Positions 26,701-40,420 of a stretch of 64,000 bases of DNA are shown one piece after another (position 1 is the first letter of the stretch; every line of letters begins with the position of its first letter). The stretch comes from Paraphysomonas bandaiensis (Eukaryota > Protista > Chrysophyceae): the NCBI GenBank assembly GCA_965644295.1, contig CBFFRP010000138.1:62001-126000 (forward strand). The letters are read 5' to 3'. Under the pieces are notes generated by a model. That model saw nothing but the letters and a program-made list of their open reading frames with translations. It was not told the DNA's origin and searched no databases. The position numbers were made by a program, and so were the translations under genes.

Positions 26701-28463
26701 ATATTTGCAATGATGTTAAGAAGGGTGACAAATTCGAAGGCGATGTTTCGAAACATGCTTTGATGCGAGCTCTCCGTCGCGGTATTGGCTTGTATATTAA
26801 CGATCATCACTTCACTGCGTATCGTGTGGCCGTCATGCGCCTGGCTATGCAGGGTAAACTCGGTGTGGTACTGTCCGACTCTTCTCTCGCCTACGGAGTT
26901 AATATGCCATTCCGCACATGTGTATTCTGTGGCGAGATGGGTGGAAAGTTAGACACTCTCATGGCGCAGCAGATGGCTGGGCGCTCAGGTCGTCGTGGAC
27001 TTGATACTCAGGGTCATCTTGTGTACGCTGGATCCCGTGCTTCCTTCATCAGAGAGCTGGTGCTTGCACGTATTCCTGCTATCACAGGACGGGAACCTCG
27101 TTACCATACTCAATTCTTGCAGGAGATGCTTTCGAAGCACAGTAACCCGAAGAGATTTTTCGAGGATCAAATGAACCAACTGGGTGGTTTGACCCTGAAT
27201 GACTACATCACGGGAAGGACAAATATGCCCAACTTCCGTGAAGTATCTATCGAAACATTGGTGGCTCTGGGTCTAGTGGAAGAATGCGGTCGCCTCTCGG
27301 AGGAGGAGTTGACCCAGGCCAGAGACGAGGACAATATTGACTTCATGGCAGATGCCACTCCTTCTGGTTACCGTCCATCCACACCACGGTTCAACTGTGC
27401 TTTGCTATGGTTGATGTGGGAGTTGAGAGAAAATATGGCGGACAGCATTGCCCTTGGCTGCATGTTACCAGAATTGTATGAAGAGTTCATTAATCAGCGT
27501 AGGGCAGACAGAACTGGAGACACGGAAGAAGTGCAGCACTGTTTCCTGCTCTTTCTATTGAATACCGTGGATCGCGTCCCATACAGAGGAGACCTTGGAG
27601 AAGGATATTATGAGGTCGCGCTGATGGACCACCCCTTTGTTGTGAGACGAGACCTGCAAGAGCGTCTGGGGGTATGGAATGATCGGCTCGCTGAGGTACA
27701 ACAGATTATTGATGAAACTGGCGCATGCAAAAAAGAGTGGATGAAGCTAGAAGTGCCCCCAGGGCAGCCATTGGATTCCACCGTTTTTCATTGTCTTGTT
27801 AACCCTGGTCACGTTGCTACCCTGCCACCAATTGTGAAGCAATTTTTGAAAGAGAGATTCTTGAGTATATCCAAGAAGCTAATTTTGATGCACAATAACC
27901 TTATGGGAGACACTGCCAGATATGGTAAATTTGAATTGCTCACCAGGTTAGTTAATGTGTCTGTAATAAATGTTGTAATAAATGTTGTAATAACTGTATA
28001 TATACGTTTAGGAAAACCTTCAAATTGGTGCAGTACGTGTCGCGGAATCTCATTCAAAACATAGTCAACTTTGATGATGTTTCTGCTGCTGATACGGAAA
28101 TCTGAAACTGTAAGGAGTGTACTCACTGTAGTCAACTGGAGACAATGGGAAATATTAATCTGACGCTTTGTTAGTTTGCCTATTTGTTACTAACTTGTCA
28201 TTTTTGGAGTATATATTGATGCTTCGAACAGTTGGTGTGTTTTCAAGTTTACTCAGTAATTGTTTCATCCGGTTATATTAACACGCTATTTAAGTATTAA
28301 AGAAATAATTGATCCAGTATATGTAATTGTTTAGAGGTGGATGTTGTACGATATCATAATGACTGCCTTGAATTCAGCACATAGGTTATATAATTTGTCA
28401 AACATGCGAAGCACATTTTCTGAGCCTTTCTTCAAAGTGATAATCAAGACTAACCAGAAGTGT
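23751..28463 (+). repeat. Right arm of ~4.7 kb inverted segmental duplication
   Basis: Reverse complement of 18575-23133, with ~620 bp of unique spacer between the arms. Confidence 0.95.
24103..28105 (+). CDS. DDX60-like Ski2-family DExD/H RNA helicase, copy B
   Basis: Same motifs and exon structure as copy A (ORFs 24171-24467, 24955-26103, 26268-28064). It has an extra 27 aa after motif I and an extra 10 aa in an upstream exon. Confidence 0.87.
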
Positions 28464-28984
28464 ATTTCGCTGATGGAGCCGGTGAAGTCATTAATTAAGA
28501 GTTTAAATGCTATATATTACACACAGCGTGTGTTGTCACAAACACACAATATGGTCAAGTACGGATTGCCCAGTAAATGCCGTGGAGGAGCGCAACAGAA
28601 CTGTCTCAAAAACGACGCTTGTAATGTTGCTTCAGTCGGGTTTTCAGCACAATTCTGGCTTGAAGCGTCTTACCCCGCACGTTATACCCAGGCTTATTCG
28701 ACTCCCGACCAGGACAGTCAGAAGTTTTATGTCACCATCATATTTTTATTATGAGTATATTACAGGGCAATCGCCTAGCCTCACTTCTCTAAGCAGTTTG
28801 GAGTTTACTATAGCTTGACAGAGATAGACAGGACAAATTGAACATGAATAGTGTTATTCGCTGCAGGTAGTCATTCATCATAAAATTCGTCATTCATTCG
28901 GTGTTATAATAGCAGTTGCGTAATGTGATTATGAAGAGTCGTTTATGATTAATCACGTATATTTTCTAAGACACACTAGCATGA

Positions 28985-29130
28985 TGAGCAATATAATATA
29001 TCAATATTGCAATATATTGCGAGGCCAAAATTTAATATAAAATAATTATCAATATATTATAATATATTGTAGCAAGCAAGAATAAATAATTACAATATAT
29101 TGCAATCCAATATATTTTTGACTGGCCCTG
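28985..29130. mobile_element. Degenerate hAT-like end / MITE remnant
   Basis: Clustered CAATATATTG motifs ending in ..GGCCCTG, resembling the ends of the hAT element at 41836-42804. No TSD found. Confidence 0.4.
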
Positions 29131-29539
29131 TTTACTATAGGGCACGCTCTCGGAATGGGGCATATATAGTGGGACTAACCCCTCTTCCACAGAACATTGG
29201 TTTTAATTATCATCGTAATAATATACTATACATTAATATATATTATGAATAAATTATAATTATATAAAATGTCATTGAGCTAAGTAGATGTGTATACTAT
29301 ATATGCATTATTTGTTTTGTTTGAATGATTTTTAAAATGGTTTATTTTAAACTAAAATTGATTAGGCGGATTCACTTATTATTTTGACTATTTAAAAGTT
29401 ATCATGGCTACTAGAGGAAATTTGCAAATTTGACTAAGTTGAATAATTTTTCCTAATGTCCGTCTCTAGTGTGGAAAGCACCAAATAAGGGAGACAATAC
29501 CCACTACGATAATTTATTGTTTAGAAACCGAATTTATTT

Positions 29540-30000
29540 ATATTGAAAGTCTTTTTATTTAGCAATAGGCGTTAAAAACTCATTCCAATACAGTGGCTAG
29601 TTGAATGCTAGATCTACTAGTTAGACCTCTACCCATAACTAACCAGCACAAATTCTATTATCCTACTATTTAGCGCTACAGAAGCTGCTTGTGCGTCGCC
29701 GCAAGCACCAAGGTGCAACCACTTCCGTTCTTGATGTTGTGTGTGAGTTCGCCCTGCTCGTGTGTCTGAGGACTCACTGGCGCGTGTTGTCCGGGGGTCT
29801 CCCCTTGGGATAAGGTTCCGCCTGGCTCTGAGGTACCGGGTTCTGTATTAAAGTCCTGAGCGTACCGAGCACTAGATGTGTGCACTGAGAGGTTGATGGT
29901 GTGGTGGAATGTGGCGGTGTCGCCATGCACCGTCTGGGCGTTGGGCATAGGTGGAGTTGCCGCGAATTTATTTACTGGAAGAAATGCGTGAACATACACA
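29540..30000 (-). repeat. Dispersed repeat copy 3 with longer GC-rich extension (retroelement relic)
   Basis: 29540-29750 matches 17800-18010 in reverse. The sequence continues as a GC-richer stretch to about 30000. Confidence 0.6.
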
Positions 30001-30171
30001 GGAGTTCTGCCATTTTATATTGGTTACGACTTTTTAGAGTGTTTATTGTATTATATAATCAAAACATTACCTTTACTCATGTAACATCTTTTTAAAATAT
30101 CAGTCAATCCCATCGACAAAATTCACACATATATATATCAACAATTAAATATACTTCCGTTATAATTACAC

Positions 30172-30268
30172 CATTCGACGCTCCTCAATCGCACAATGTC
30201 TAACATAACTTACTACAGCATTCGACGCTCCTCAATCGCACAATGTCTAACATAACTTACTACAGCAG
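30172..30268. repeat. Tandem duplication of ~47 bp
   Basis: CATTCGACGCTCCTCAATCGCACAATGTCTAACATAACTTACTACAG occurs twice in tandem. Confidence 0.9.
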
Positions 30269-30721
30269 CACTCAACGCTTTCCAAACAAACTGTGCTATT
30301 GAGTATGTTGTACCCCCTATTCCTTATCCATGCTACACACTACACACAATAAAAGAAACTTAGTGTTATAATTTTCTTATTATGCAGGCTTAGTAACCAT
30401 GAACGTGTAGCCATTTCCCGGAAAATACCTTCCTTTCTGCATGCTTGCCATGTTCAGCTTATTACACTGTAAAGCTGGCGCTATAAGATATAAGTACACA
30501 ATTCAATCCATTCATTCCAGATTTCATATAAATATACCTAATGGGGAATGAATTTAGTACTATTACTAGACAATTGGTCACATTTTCGGTACCTAACTAA
30601 GACTGCAGCATCAAGGATAACATAACTCTCCGCGTTGTTTCAGAACACTCCAATACCCACTAAACAAGCATTTTTCTACCAGAGAATACTAGTTACAGGC
30701 GAGAGTCGAGAGCCTCCAGCT

Positions 30722-32448
30722 TTACATGTTGTAGGGGCGGAATATTCTGTCCAGATCAGTCGCGAACTCAGCATTTTTACGTATGCCCGAAAGGAAGAAT
30801 CTCTCTGTGGATGAAGGTCCGGATTCTTTGGCGTGGTCTATGATGAGGTAACCATCCTGGATGCGGAATGATACATCGGACACTGGGGATGGGGCTGAGC
30901 TCGTTCCAACTGCAGGGGCAGAGGAGTCAAGGGAAAGCTGTCCCCCACAACCCCGCACCTGTCGGTTCTTATGGGATGAGGACAATAGCAATGCAACTAG
31001 CTCCTCCTCAGATACGTCATTAAATCTAGCCAGCTTTGACAATTCTATAGAGGAGTAGAGACGTAAGTATGATCGCAGGTGAAGAAGGGACATCTGCTGT
31101 TTAGCTTCAGTCATAAAGATGTGAACTTGAGCCCGTATGGCATCGTGGATGGTACTTCCACCTGCTGAGTCTGGCACAGTGGGTGAAATGAATTTGGGAC
31201 AGGCACTTTCGAACATATCCTCGAAAGCCGCGATATCTCCAACTCTCAGACGGCGAAGTTTGTCGGAGCACTTGCTACTGATAGTGTCGGCAACCTGGTC
31301 ATCTACCCTGTGACCCGGACAGAGACACATTGCAATGGCGGCAAGAGACACCATTTTGTCAAGCATTTTCTGATGCTGGCCCTGTACTCCAGCCTTGAGC
31401 ACAGATGCCCCTGGCTTGAGAACACGAGATATGTGGAGTATGATATGACTGAATGTATCAATGGCATCCGCGTAGCGGCGAAGCATGATCATGCTTACAC
31501 CTGCGTGATAGAAGATATTAACGTGACAGGTGGGGACCTGCGAGAACATCTCTCCCTGGTCAGAGAGGCGAATTCCAGATATAGCATCTAGAGATGCAGT
31601 ATAGTCAGCAAGAAGGCACTCCAAACGGCCCAGTTCAATGGTGCAGAAGTATCCCACGAGAGAGTGTACAGAGTCATGAGCGGTGCCAGAGGCCATACGG
31701 ATCATGCTACTGAGAAGGTTAGATACAATTGGCATTGACCAGGCGTCCTTATTCGCCTCCATGGTGTGCAAGTCCTCTTCCGAGCGAGCACCAACCTTAT
31801 AATAAGGAGCACGGTCAGAGCATAACAGGTCATGATAGATTGGCATGAAGCAGTACCTGTGCGCGAAACTGACAGAAGGATTGAAACTGGTAGACAAACT
31901 CCTGCACTATGTCATACGCCCACTGTGTCGTCAGCTTTATAAAGTAGGGATCTTGAGTGCTCAAAAGAATATTAAATAACTATAAACATATGTTATAAAC
32001 TACAAATATATTTATACGTCTATTAACTTACTCTGTTATAGTTCGACCAGGACTCCAAATACAGATTAAGAGGGATTTGTTTCAATTTAGAGAAGTATTG
32101 ACGCATTGTGAGTTCTCTATACATTAAATCACCATACAGTATAATATATACACATATATCTACCTGTAAAAGAGAAGGAATACATAGTCATCACCGCACT
32201 CAGATGCAACAGTCTGAGCACTTGGCCAGCTACCTTGTGAGAAATATTTCTCAGTTATTTCCTATGAAACACATCATCTGATATCATCCTCATATACATC
32301 TCTATTGTACCTTAAACTTGCTGTCGTATAGCGTCTGTACATCCTCTACACGTAAGCTACGTCTAGTAGCATCATGCATATCAAATATAAAGTCTTTAAT
32401 TGCATCTGGTAATGCAAAATCAATATGTTTATTATCATCATATGACAT
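30722..32448 (-). CDS. EIF3L: Eukaryotic translation initiation factor 3 subunit L
   Basis: Exons give ..EITEKYFSQGSWP..FLLFY|RELTMR..ESWSNY..QWAYDIVQEFVYQFQSF..AWS..VGYF..L.RLECLLADY..MLRRYADAI..FESACPKFISP..LRSYLRLYSSI. Confidence 0.92.
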
Positions 32449-32992
32449 GTTGAATAAGGTTATGTTAATCTCTGTGATTGGGTTATTAAACAGATGAAAT
32501 ATATATGATGAGGTGGTTTATATTCCACTCCAGAGGCATGTATGTATGTATATGGGCGGGCATGTGTAGGTAGAAGCATGTGTATGTATGTATATGTATG
32601 TATGTATGTATGGTGGTGGGGTGGATATATCAACACTGCAATATTCCCAGCACCACACATTCGTTCCATAGTACTATACACGATATTCCAAGTTGCTGCT
32701 GCTGCTGACTACGAATATAGACCGGTATACAGTATACAACAATATGTATAGATATGGTGTACGTACTATATATAATATATACCCATTCACCACACCTCTG
32801 CTCTGAGAAAAATCCAGTTTTTAGGTCACAAAAAGGGATAGTTTTTTAGCCTAATCAAGATATTCCCATATCCCCCCCCTGATCGTCATACTACGCATAG
32901 ACGCACACAGCTTACCAGTTCACGCACTCTGTATAGGCGTTCTCTGCTATAGTATCCAGTTCATAATTCTATTTCTCTAACTACCATCACAA

Positions 32993-33790
32993 ATGCCCAC
33001 TCCAATCTTAAAATACTTCTCCCTAAGAGGTCGTGGTGATGTTATTCGTATTGCCTTATCACTAACAGGCGAAGAATGGGATGAACAGCCTGTAGACTAT
33101 GCATTAATGAAACAAGCTGGTCCTGACTATCCATATGGTCAAGCACCTGCATTTGAACACAATGGAAATAAGCTTGTTCAAACAGATGCTATCTTACGAT
33201 ACATTGGTCGTGAGTGGAACATGTATGGGTCATCTAATGCAGAGTCCAGTCATATAGATATGATATTAGGGGGAGTTGAGTCCATCAGAGCGGAATATCT
33301 CAAACTCTGTTATGGTAATTCATTTTCTGATGAGGCAATGGAAGAATATAGAAACTCAAGGATGGATCCTTCGACTATTAATCAGAGGAATGGAGGAGCA
33401 CACTTCCAGTACCTGGAAAATATTTTGGGTGAGTATCAGTAGGTCAAGTTATGTTACTGTGTGCGTACTATTCTTTTATTATCGCAAGACGACATGTAAT
33501 AGATTATAATAGTGTTTCAGCGGCATATATGTTATACTTATTTGTTTTTTTCAGAGTGGAGTGAGAGCTTCAAGTCATCAGGCTTCGCTGTGGGGGGCCG
33601 ATTAAGTATCGCCGACATCCAGCTATTCGATATCGTCGATTTACACTTACGTCCCGTCTTCCCGGGTGTTATGCAGGCCTTCCCGAATCTTTTGGCTCTG
33701 CATAAGACTGTGTCGGAGATACCTGCCGTGAAAGGCTTCCTCAATAGCACCCGACGACCTGAAAAAGTCAACGGTAACGGCCTTGGCTAA
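32993..33790 (+). CDS. Glutathione S-transferase (sigma/pi-like), 2 exons
   Basis: N-domain LKYFSLRGRGDVIR..PYGQAP..LVQTDAILRYIGR. C-domain FAVGGRLSIADIQLFD..P.L..IP.VK.FL..RP..VNGNG. Confidence 0.93.
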
Positions 33791-34149
33791 TCATCCTTGT
33801 ATGGTCTCTTAAAATGTCACATAATTAAGTGATACAGTCGGGTAACAATGCAGTAGAATTCTATGTACTGATTCATATCAACTAATAAGAATTGCTACTA
33901 TTTACTCTAAGTTCCAATTATTGCAATTAGTGTGCTGTTAACCGAAACCTAAGTACTAGTTGAAGCGCTCTTCGAGTCTTAACGAATCTTTATCATGATC
34001 CACATCAGCTAGGAATACCTCAGTATTTAAGAGCTGGTGTCATAGTTACGCAGCACTGATAGATATTACGAAAGGCAATGAACAATAATAGATGTTGATC
34101 GATTATTGCATCCTAGTTACGAAAGACATTTTTGGATACAAATGGAGAT

Positions 34150-34355
34150 TTAAGCTTAGTAGTAGTAAGAAGAATGTTGTGATTATTAGAGTGTAAAAGT
34201 GATGAACGCAGTACACAGTTATGTTATAAAAGTGAATAATAACGCTAAATATAACTATCACACACAAATGGAATTGTTAGAAGTATAACTGATAATGACG
34301 ATCGTTATGATGACGATCACGTATCTTCAACAGATACTCTCTCTAGTTCAGTTCA
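34150..34355 (+). repeat. Dispersed ~200-bp repeat (also at 43368-43575)
   Basis: TTTAAGCTTAGTAGTAGTAAGAAGAATGTTGTGATTATTAGA...GTATCTTCAACAGATACTCT is present at both positions. Confidence 0.8.
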
Positions 34356-34721
34356 CGATTGTATTATACAGGGTAAACAAATGTTGCTATTCGTATTAAC
34401 ATGAATTATAGGCGTCTAGACATAAGTTAAATATTACTGTTTACTATATCCTATATCCAGTTTCTGCTGTAGGTGGTCTTTCGTATGGTGTACGCGAGAG
34501 ATATGAGAGTTGGTGGTGAACTATCAGCCGCTACGTTATTGGCACTCAAAACATCGTCATAAATAACAAGATTTTCATGACTAAGACAGTGAATTATAAT
34601 TCCTAAGCATGACTTTAAGTACGCGATGAAACGTTTTGCAGCGCCAACGATTATATCTACAAAAAATGCTGCAACATAAACAAACCCAACATTATCATAT
34701 ATTCAAAGACGTATCAGGTGC

Positions 34722-36110
34722 CTATATCTCTCCTGCGAGTTCCTTGGCTATTTGTGCCTCCAGCTCGGCGTCATCTTCATCATCTGCATGGATTGGCGTA
34801 TTACCAAGATATCGGTCTACTTCCGAGAGTGATGCTTACCTAGGTCTCCTAGATCCTCAAAATCATCATCCGCAAGAAGGTCAAGATCCTCTTCTTCCTC
34901 AACTCCCGCTGTAGGGCCGCTGCCAGAGTCATCCCCTAGCTCCGCCTCCACCTATGGAATCGAATGGCAGTGAATATTTCAGCAACGTGACATCTCCACC
35001 ACCTACTAACCTCTGCCGCCAGAGCAGCCGCCTCTTCAGCCCTACGTCTGTCAAGCTCCAGTTCCTTCTCCTTCCCTCGTCCCCGCCCTACCCATCCACT
35101 ACTAGTGCTGCTGTACACGTCCTCCCCACTAGCATCCCACTCTGCACTGGCGACATTTTCCTGTTGTTGGTTAAGAGGACTGCTTCGGGTCTCAGCACCA
35201 ACTGTTCGGGCGGGTGGGTCTGGTCGCTCGGGAGAGGAGGAGCAGTAAATGACATCCGCTTTGTCGAGAGAGTCCAAGTATGCGTTAGGCTCAGGGGAGT
35301 CAATACCGCTTTTGTAACGAAGGAAATATATCCGGGCATAATAGTTGCGCCAGAAAATTTCTTCGTCCATTTTCGGTGATACTCTGGCGTGTAATCTCGC
35401 TAAATTCTTGTCAAGATTCAAAAGAGACATAACTTGAGGTATAACTTCCTTGAAATTGAAATCGAGTAACCGCAACAGTTCGGTGTCGGGCGTTATTGTG
35501 AAATTTAACTCCGAAAGAGACAATTGAAGAATGTTGTCCATGAGATCTTGGGATAGAATAGAAGTCGACTCATCGGACGACTCCCAAGGAAGGGAAGACG
35601 GTCTACCTTTCGCAATTGAGTTTTCTATACAATAAATTATAAAGCTATGTACATATATTGTAAGGTATATATACATGTAAACGTACGTATATCTATGGAA
35701 TGTTTATCGATACTGTGACGTATATACGCACAGGTATGTTTATATGTTTTAAGGTATAGAGTGAGGTATATATATGTAAAAGAGTGCGTATATTACAAGG
35801 TAGATATATAGAGAGGTATGTATATATGTATGTAAAGGAGTGTGTGTGTATTATAAGGATTAGAGAGAGAGGTATGTATATATGTATACAGATGTCATTA
35901 TGGGGTTCAATCTGGTGTCCCACCTTGAATAACACGCTCTCTCTCTGTAGCTAATTGACTTTCCGCTGCACTAGCATGAGCAGATATCGTATCTGCTACT
36001 TGCTATACATATACATACATATATATTACATTATATAGATGTTAGTGGAAGAGACTTACGTCAGCGAGTTGTTGGGCACTTGAAGCCAATGAATTCCACC
36101 ATTCAGACAT
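34722..36110 (-). CDS. BSD domain-containing protein (SYAP1/BSDC1-like)
   Basis: LPWE..ILQLSLSELNF..LLNLDKNLARLHARVSPKMDEEIFWRNYY (BSD FW..YF-type motif). Start MSEWWNSLA, acidic tail ending AELEAQIAKELAGEI*. Confidence 0.82.
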
Positions 36111-36685
36111 GTGATAGATATAGCTAGAAGATTATTTAATAACTTATATATGAAGGTCTTCTTAATACATCTGTGTATAGGAGTTCTCTCACACTGTTAT
36201 TAGACTAACATATGAGTCTATAGGTACACGGTACATACAGCAGGCGAAGTTATGGTTATGAGTCCTACGTAGAGAACTATACCATATATATGTGTATGTA
36301 TATGTATACAGCTGAAGAAGTGGTCGAAGTTTTCAAAAAAAAACGTTCTGTAATTTTACAAAAACTGTCCTCTTGTTTTAGTATATATAATACTGTAGAA
36401 AAAATGTAAGAAAAAAAAATCCTAGAAAAAAAATTGTAAATAATGGGACCAATAAAAGGTACTCAAGTAATAAGGAAGAGTATTGATTGGTTTAGATAGA
36501 ATAAATGGTTCAGAAACCATAATAAGGGATATATACGCTTGATAATCCAGTATACAGTTGTGTATAAGAAATTATGTGGCGTATATATACAGACTCAGCT
36601 AGTTGTTAACTCAGTGCTCCTTTAATTATCAAACAGATAGTTAATACCGTGCTGTGATTAATTGTATTTGCAATTGTTTGTTCAC

Positions 36686-37821
36686 ATGGCATCATTTACA
36701 CACTACAGCGTCACTAATCAGGAGCAAATTCCAATATTAAAAGGCACAAGTGAAGTTCCTGTTGGCAATGATTTTTTACAGCATTTGTCTATAAAAATTA
36801 TGCATTTGGATGAAGATACAATCGTATTCGACTTAATTGGCGTTGATGTATCCATTGCCAATGCATTACGGCGTATTCTTCTCGCAGAAGTTCCAACAGT
36901 TGCAATTGAAACTGTTTATATTCAGGACAATACATCAATTTTACAGGATGAAGTATTATCTCATCGACTTGGATTGGTTCCGATTAAAGCAGACCCTCGA
37001 CTCTTCGACGACTATTCTGCAGAAGATGACCCAACTGATCTTAATACCGTTGTCTTCAAGTTAGATGTCACCTGTGAATCTGGTGATGGAGACTTCACCA
37101 GAAGTGCTTATTCTGGTGATTTAGAGTGGCAACCTCAGGGTGATCAAGCTGAAAAGTTTCCGGAAGGAATTAGACCTGTACATGGTGATATACCTCTTGT
37201 CGTAATGAAGCCAGGGCAGAGTGTCAGGCTGGAGGCACACTGTCATAAAGGAGTCGGCAAAGACCACACAAAGTATAGCCCGTGCGCCACCGCGTCATAT
37301 AGATTAATGCCGGGTAAGTGTTACGCATCGTGCCTCGGTATTTAGGTGCTGATATTATGCAGACATAACTGTTGGGGAGGAGGTGCGTGGTCAACTTGCC
37401 ACAGAGTTGGTGGTAAGTGCATTGCGGTAATAGTGCTCTAATTGTGCTGATGCTGATCAATCAGGACATGTGTCCCATGCAAGTGTTCGACATTGAGGAT
37501 ATTGGTAAGGGTGGTCCTCGGGCGAGGGTAGCGAGGCCTAGAGACTGTACAATGTGTCGTGAATGCATTCGTAGAGACGGATGGGACAAGAGAGTCAGCC
37601 TCAAACGTGTAGCACAACATTTTATATTTACTGTCGAGTCTACTGGGTGCCTTCCACCCCAGGATCTCGTCAAGATGGTACGTGTTGAAGGTCTGTATAA
37701 TTGTGTTGTGTTTACGAGAACTATTGTAATGTAGGCCATCGGAGTATTGCGAAATAAAACGTTGGTTATGCAAGATCTTGTCAACCAACATCAGGGGATA
37801 AACGGAGAGGCAGCTGACTAG
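36686..37821 (+). CDS. POLR1C: RNA polymerase I/III subunit AC40
   Basis: FDLIGVDVSIANALRRILLAEVPTVAIE, DEVLSHRLGLVPI, GVGKDHTKYSP.ATASYRLMP, CPMQVFDIED..PRDCTMCREC and HFIFTVESTG. Confidence 0.95.
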
Positions 37822-39120
37822 AGCTGCGAAATAGTAGTAGCGAATATGTAATATCAGAGGACTGAATAGATTATTTTGTGCTATTAAATTTGAAGTATAT
37901 ATTGATAATAAAAAGTTGACGACGTCATGTGTGTACTAGGCATAAATAATGATGATCAGTGATCACATGGTATTTTAGATTTGTTTGCAAGGAAAATATT
38001 GAAATTAGTTGTTAGCTGTAGTGCTGTAGTTGTCGAAGAGACGTAATAAACTTGTAAATCTTGAAGAGGTGGAAATCTGGTTCTGAAAGTAAGAAAATAC
38101 ACGTAACGTAGTTTTCATGATAAAGGAGCAAACTCGTGTTTGCGATGAAACAAAATGTATTTGTTTGTTTGGCTTATATACATAGATCGTTTTAGTTCAG
38201 ACACTATAAATGCTTTGGAAAACTACTGGTTTGAGTTTGAATAACACACTATTAGTGTAAATGTGGATTCTAAATTTACTTTTGAGACTAAACAAGGGGA
38301 GTAAACCGACTGTTACAGTTGCCCCTCAGATAGGGCGTCAAATACCACTAAATTAGTCACAATGGTATTGACCAACGCCCACCTCATCCTCTTCGGAATT
38401 TCTCAAAGAGTTTAATGACAGTGTCACTATTAACAACTAAATAATTTCTTCTGTAGCACTAAATGATAAAGGTTGTGATTCGGATATAAAATGCTGTCAT
38501 AATTCGTGTATGAAATCAACACGGTAACATCGCGTCTGGAAACAGTCTGGATGCAATCAAATGTGATAAATAGCTATAGTAAAACTGAAACCCGAATTGC
38601 AGTTGTCAGGTATGCTACACTATATTGAACTAACATCCACACCACCTGACCCTTCATCGGAAGATGATTATAATAATCTCTCTGACATGTGACAAGTTTA
38701 ACGGAAATATACGTACAAGCTTAGTTTATTTAAAAGAATATGAACTGGGTTTATGGAATTCTACAACAGAAAATAATAGAGACACAAAATGTACTCCTCA
38801 TCTACTGTTGGATATATTTACTGGAACACAATGTATTCTAAACCTTTCATTGTGTAGTGTACCATTGATACAAGACATTTTTTCTCGATGGCGTACATCT
38901 ATTTCGACGCGATGGAGTTTAACCATCCTCTTGCGGAATGAAATGTACGAAATGTGACTACAATGACGTCTATTTTTGCGAACGCAAAGGCGTCCATCCA
39001 ACCGCTTGGAAAGTAGAAGGTGGGTATGTGAGTTGTATGATAGTTATGTCATATATATATGTTCTCTGGGGCTTCTGCTTTCTCTCAACCCCTCCAAAAG
39101 AAATATGTGTACATGTACTC

Positions 39121-39322
39121 ACTGGAGGTGGAATGTAGCGCCAATGGCTTTTTCTGCTACGATATCAGATCGATTGCGGAAAACAAATGCCCCGGGAAAC
39201 AGATTCTAATGCTTGTCGCATGCTATTGTTAGCAATTATATTGGATCGACCAGTGTTTTCCACAATCAATCTGATATCGTAGCCGAAAAACCATTGACAC
39301 TACATTACATTCCACCGCCAGT
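39121..39322. repeat. ~200-bp hairpin / MITE-like element with ~65-bp imperfect inverted arms
   Basis: ACTGGAGGTGGAATGTAGCGCCAATGGCTTTTTCTGCTACGATATCAGAT.. pairs with ..ATCTGATATCGTAGCCGAAAAACCATTGACACTAC..ATTCCACCGCCAGT. No TSD identified. Confidence 0.7.
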
Positions 39323-39970
39323 CAAGCACCCGGGCTAGTTCACCTATAAAGGACAGAGAGCAAAAGTGGTTGCACCTTGGTGCTTGTGGTGACACACAAG
39401 CAGCTTTCGTAGCACCAAATAGTAAGATATCAGAGTCAAGCACTAGGTAGTTAAATTATGCTACATAGTTCTGACTCTTACCCGCCTATTTCTAATAATC
39501 AGACCTTCATTACTACTCGATATAATATACATGGAATCTGTTTTCCAACAACGGTATTACTTGTAGCAAAGTTGCAATGTTTTGAATTTGTTCTTCTGTA
39601 TTTTCATGGAAATCACATAAAATGTAGCTGCAACACTTGTAAATGGCGATATGATGGGTACATTGTAGTTCATATATTGAGGTCGAAATTACAATCACAA
39701 TGGTTATCATTGTGTATTTCATTGTACATTGGGGGTCGTGTTGTAAAATGTACAGGCGTATACTCTTCAATTATAATTGTTTGTTGATATAACATTGGAT
39801 AATTATTATTCTCTATCTTCCAAAACAAACTTCTTCCTATGTGTATGTACCAAATGTCACGGATATACATAGTATGCTTACCTATTGCGCACGTTTCAAT
39901 AAACCCTTAGAATGGGATACGTCAAAAGTAAACCGAGGGATTTCATGTTTCACATACACACATACATACA

Positions 39971-40420
39971 TCATTCATTCATACATCGAGAAGATGTAAA
40001 TAGTGGATGCTCGCTAGTCAATTTATCTCTCAGCCAAGTTTCGTGATCAACTAAAAAAGGACATACAAACAAAAACGGACAGCGCGCTTTAAATCCGTCT
40101 GGAAAGAGTAAGTATCCAGGCAGAATTTCTTCCCAGTATTCATCAGTTAATATTTCCAATACTTCAAGTGAGAAGTGTGGTGGCAAAGCAGCAAAACTTT
40201 CATCGTCAAAGTATAAATCATTAATCATCCTTCCACAAAGCTGATCAGCTCCATCATCATACATGACTTTGATTTTACCAAGACTATGTCCCATTCTGAG
40301 GGGAACAGTGGTTGGAAAAGGACCAGAGACTTGACCAAGACAACACCAACCAGATCCTTTTGTACTACTGTGAGCTCCGATGTCACCAATTGGGTAATCC
40401 ATAAGCTCTAAAGGACTCAA
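39971..40420 (-). mobile_element. Crypton (CryptonS-like) tyrosine-recombinase relic
   Basis: DIGAHSSTKG..GP...V.LRMGHSLGKI..Y..GADQLCGR......FAALPPHF resembles the C-terminal HSxRKG..R.GW.LG....Y...GDQF.GR...LPPHF region of stramenopile Crypton recombinases. The catalytic R appears to be substituted, suggesting decay. Confidence 0.7.

Noticed and set aside
37440-37570. Cys cluster (CP..CTMCREC) in RPC40 as a novel Fe-S site
   Set aside because: This is an already known feature of RpoD/AC40-type subunits in many lineages.
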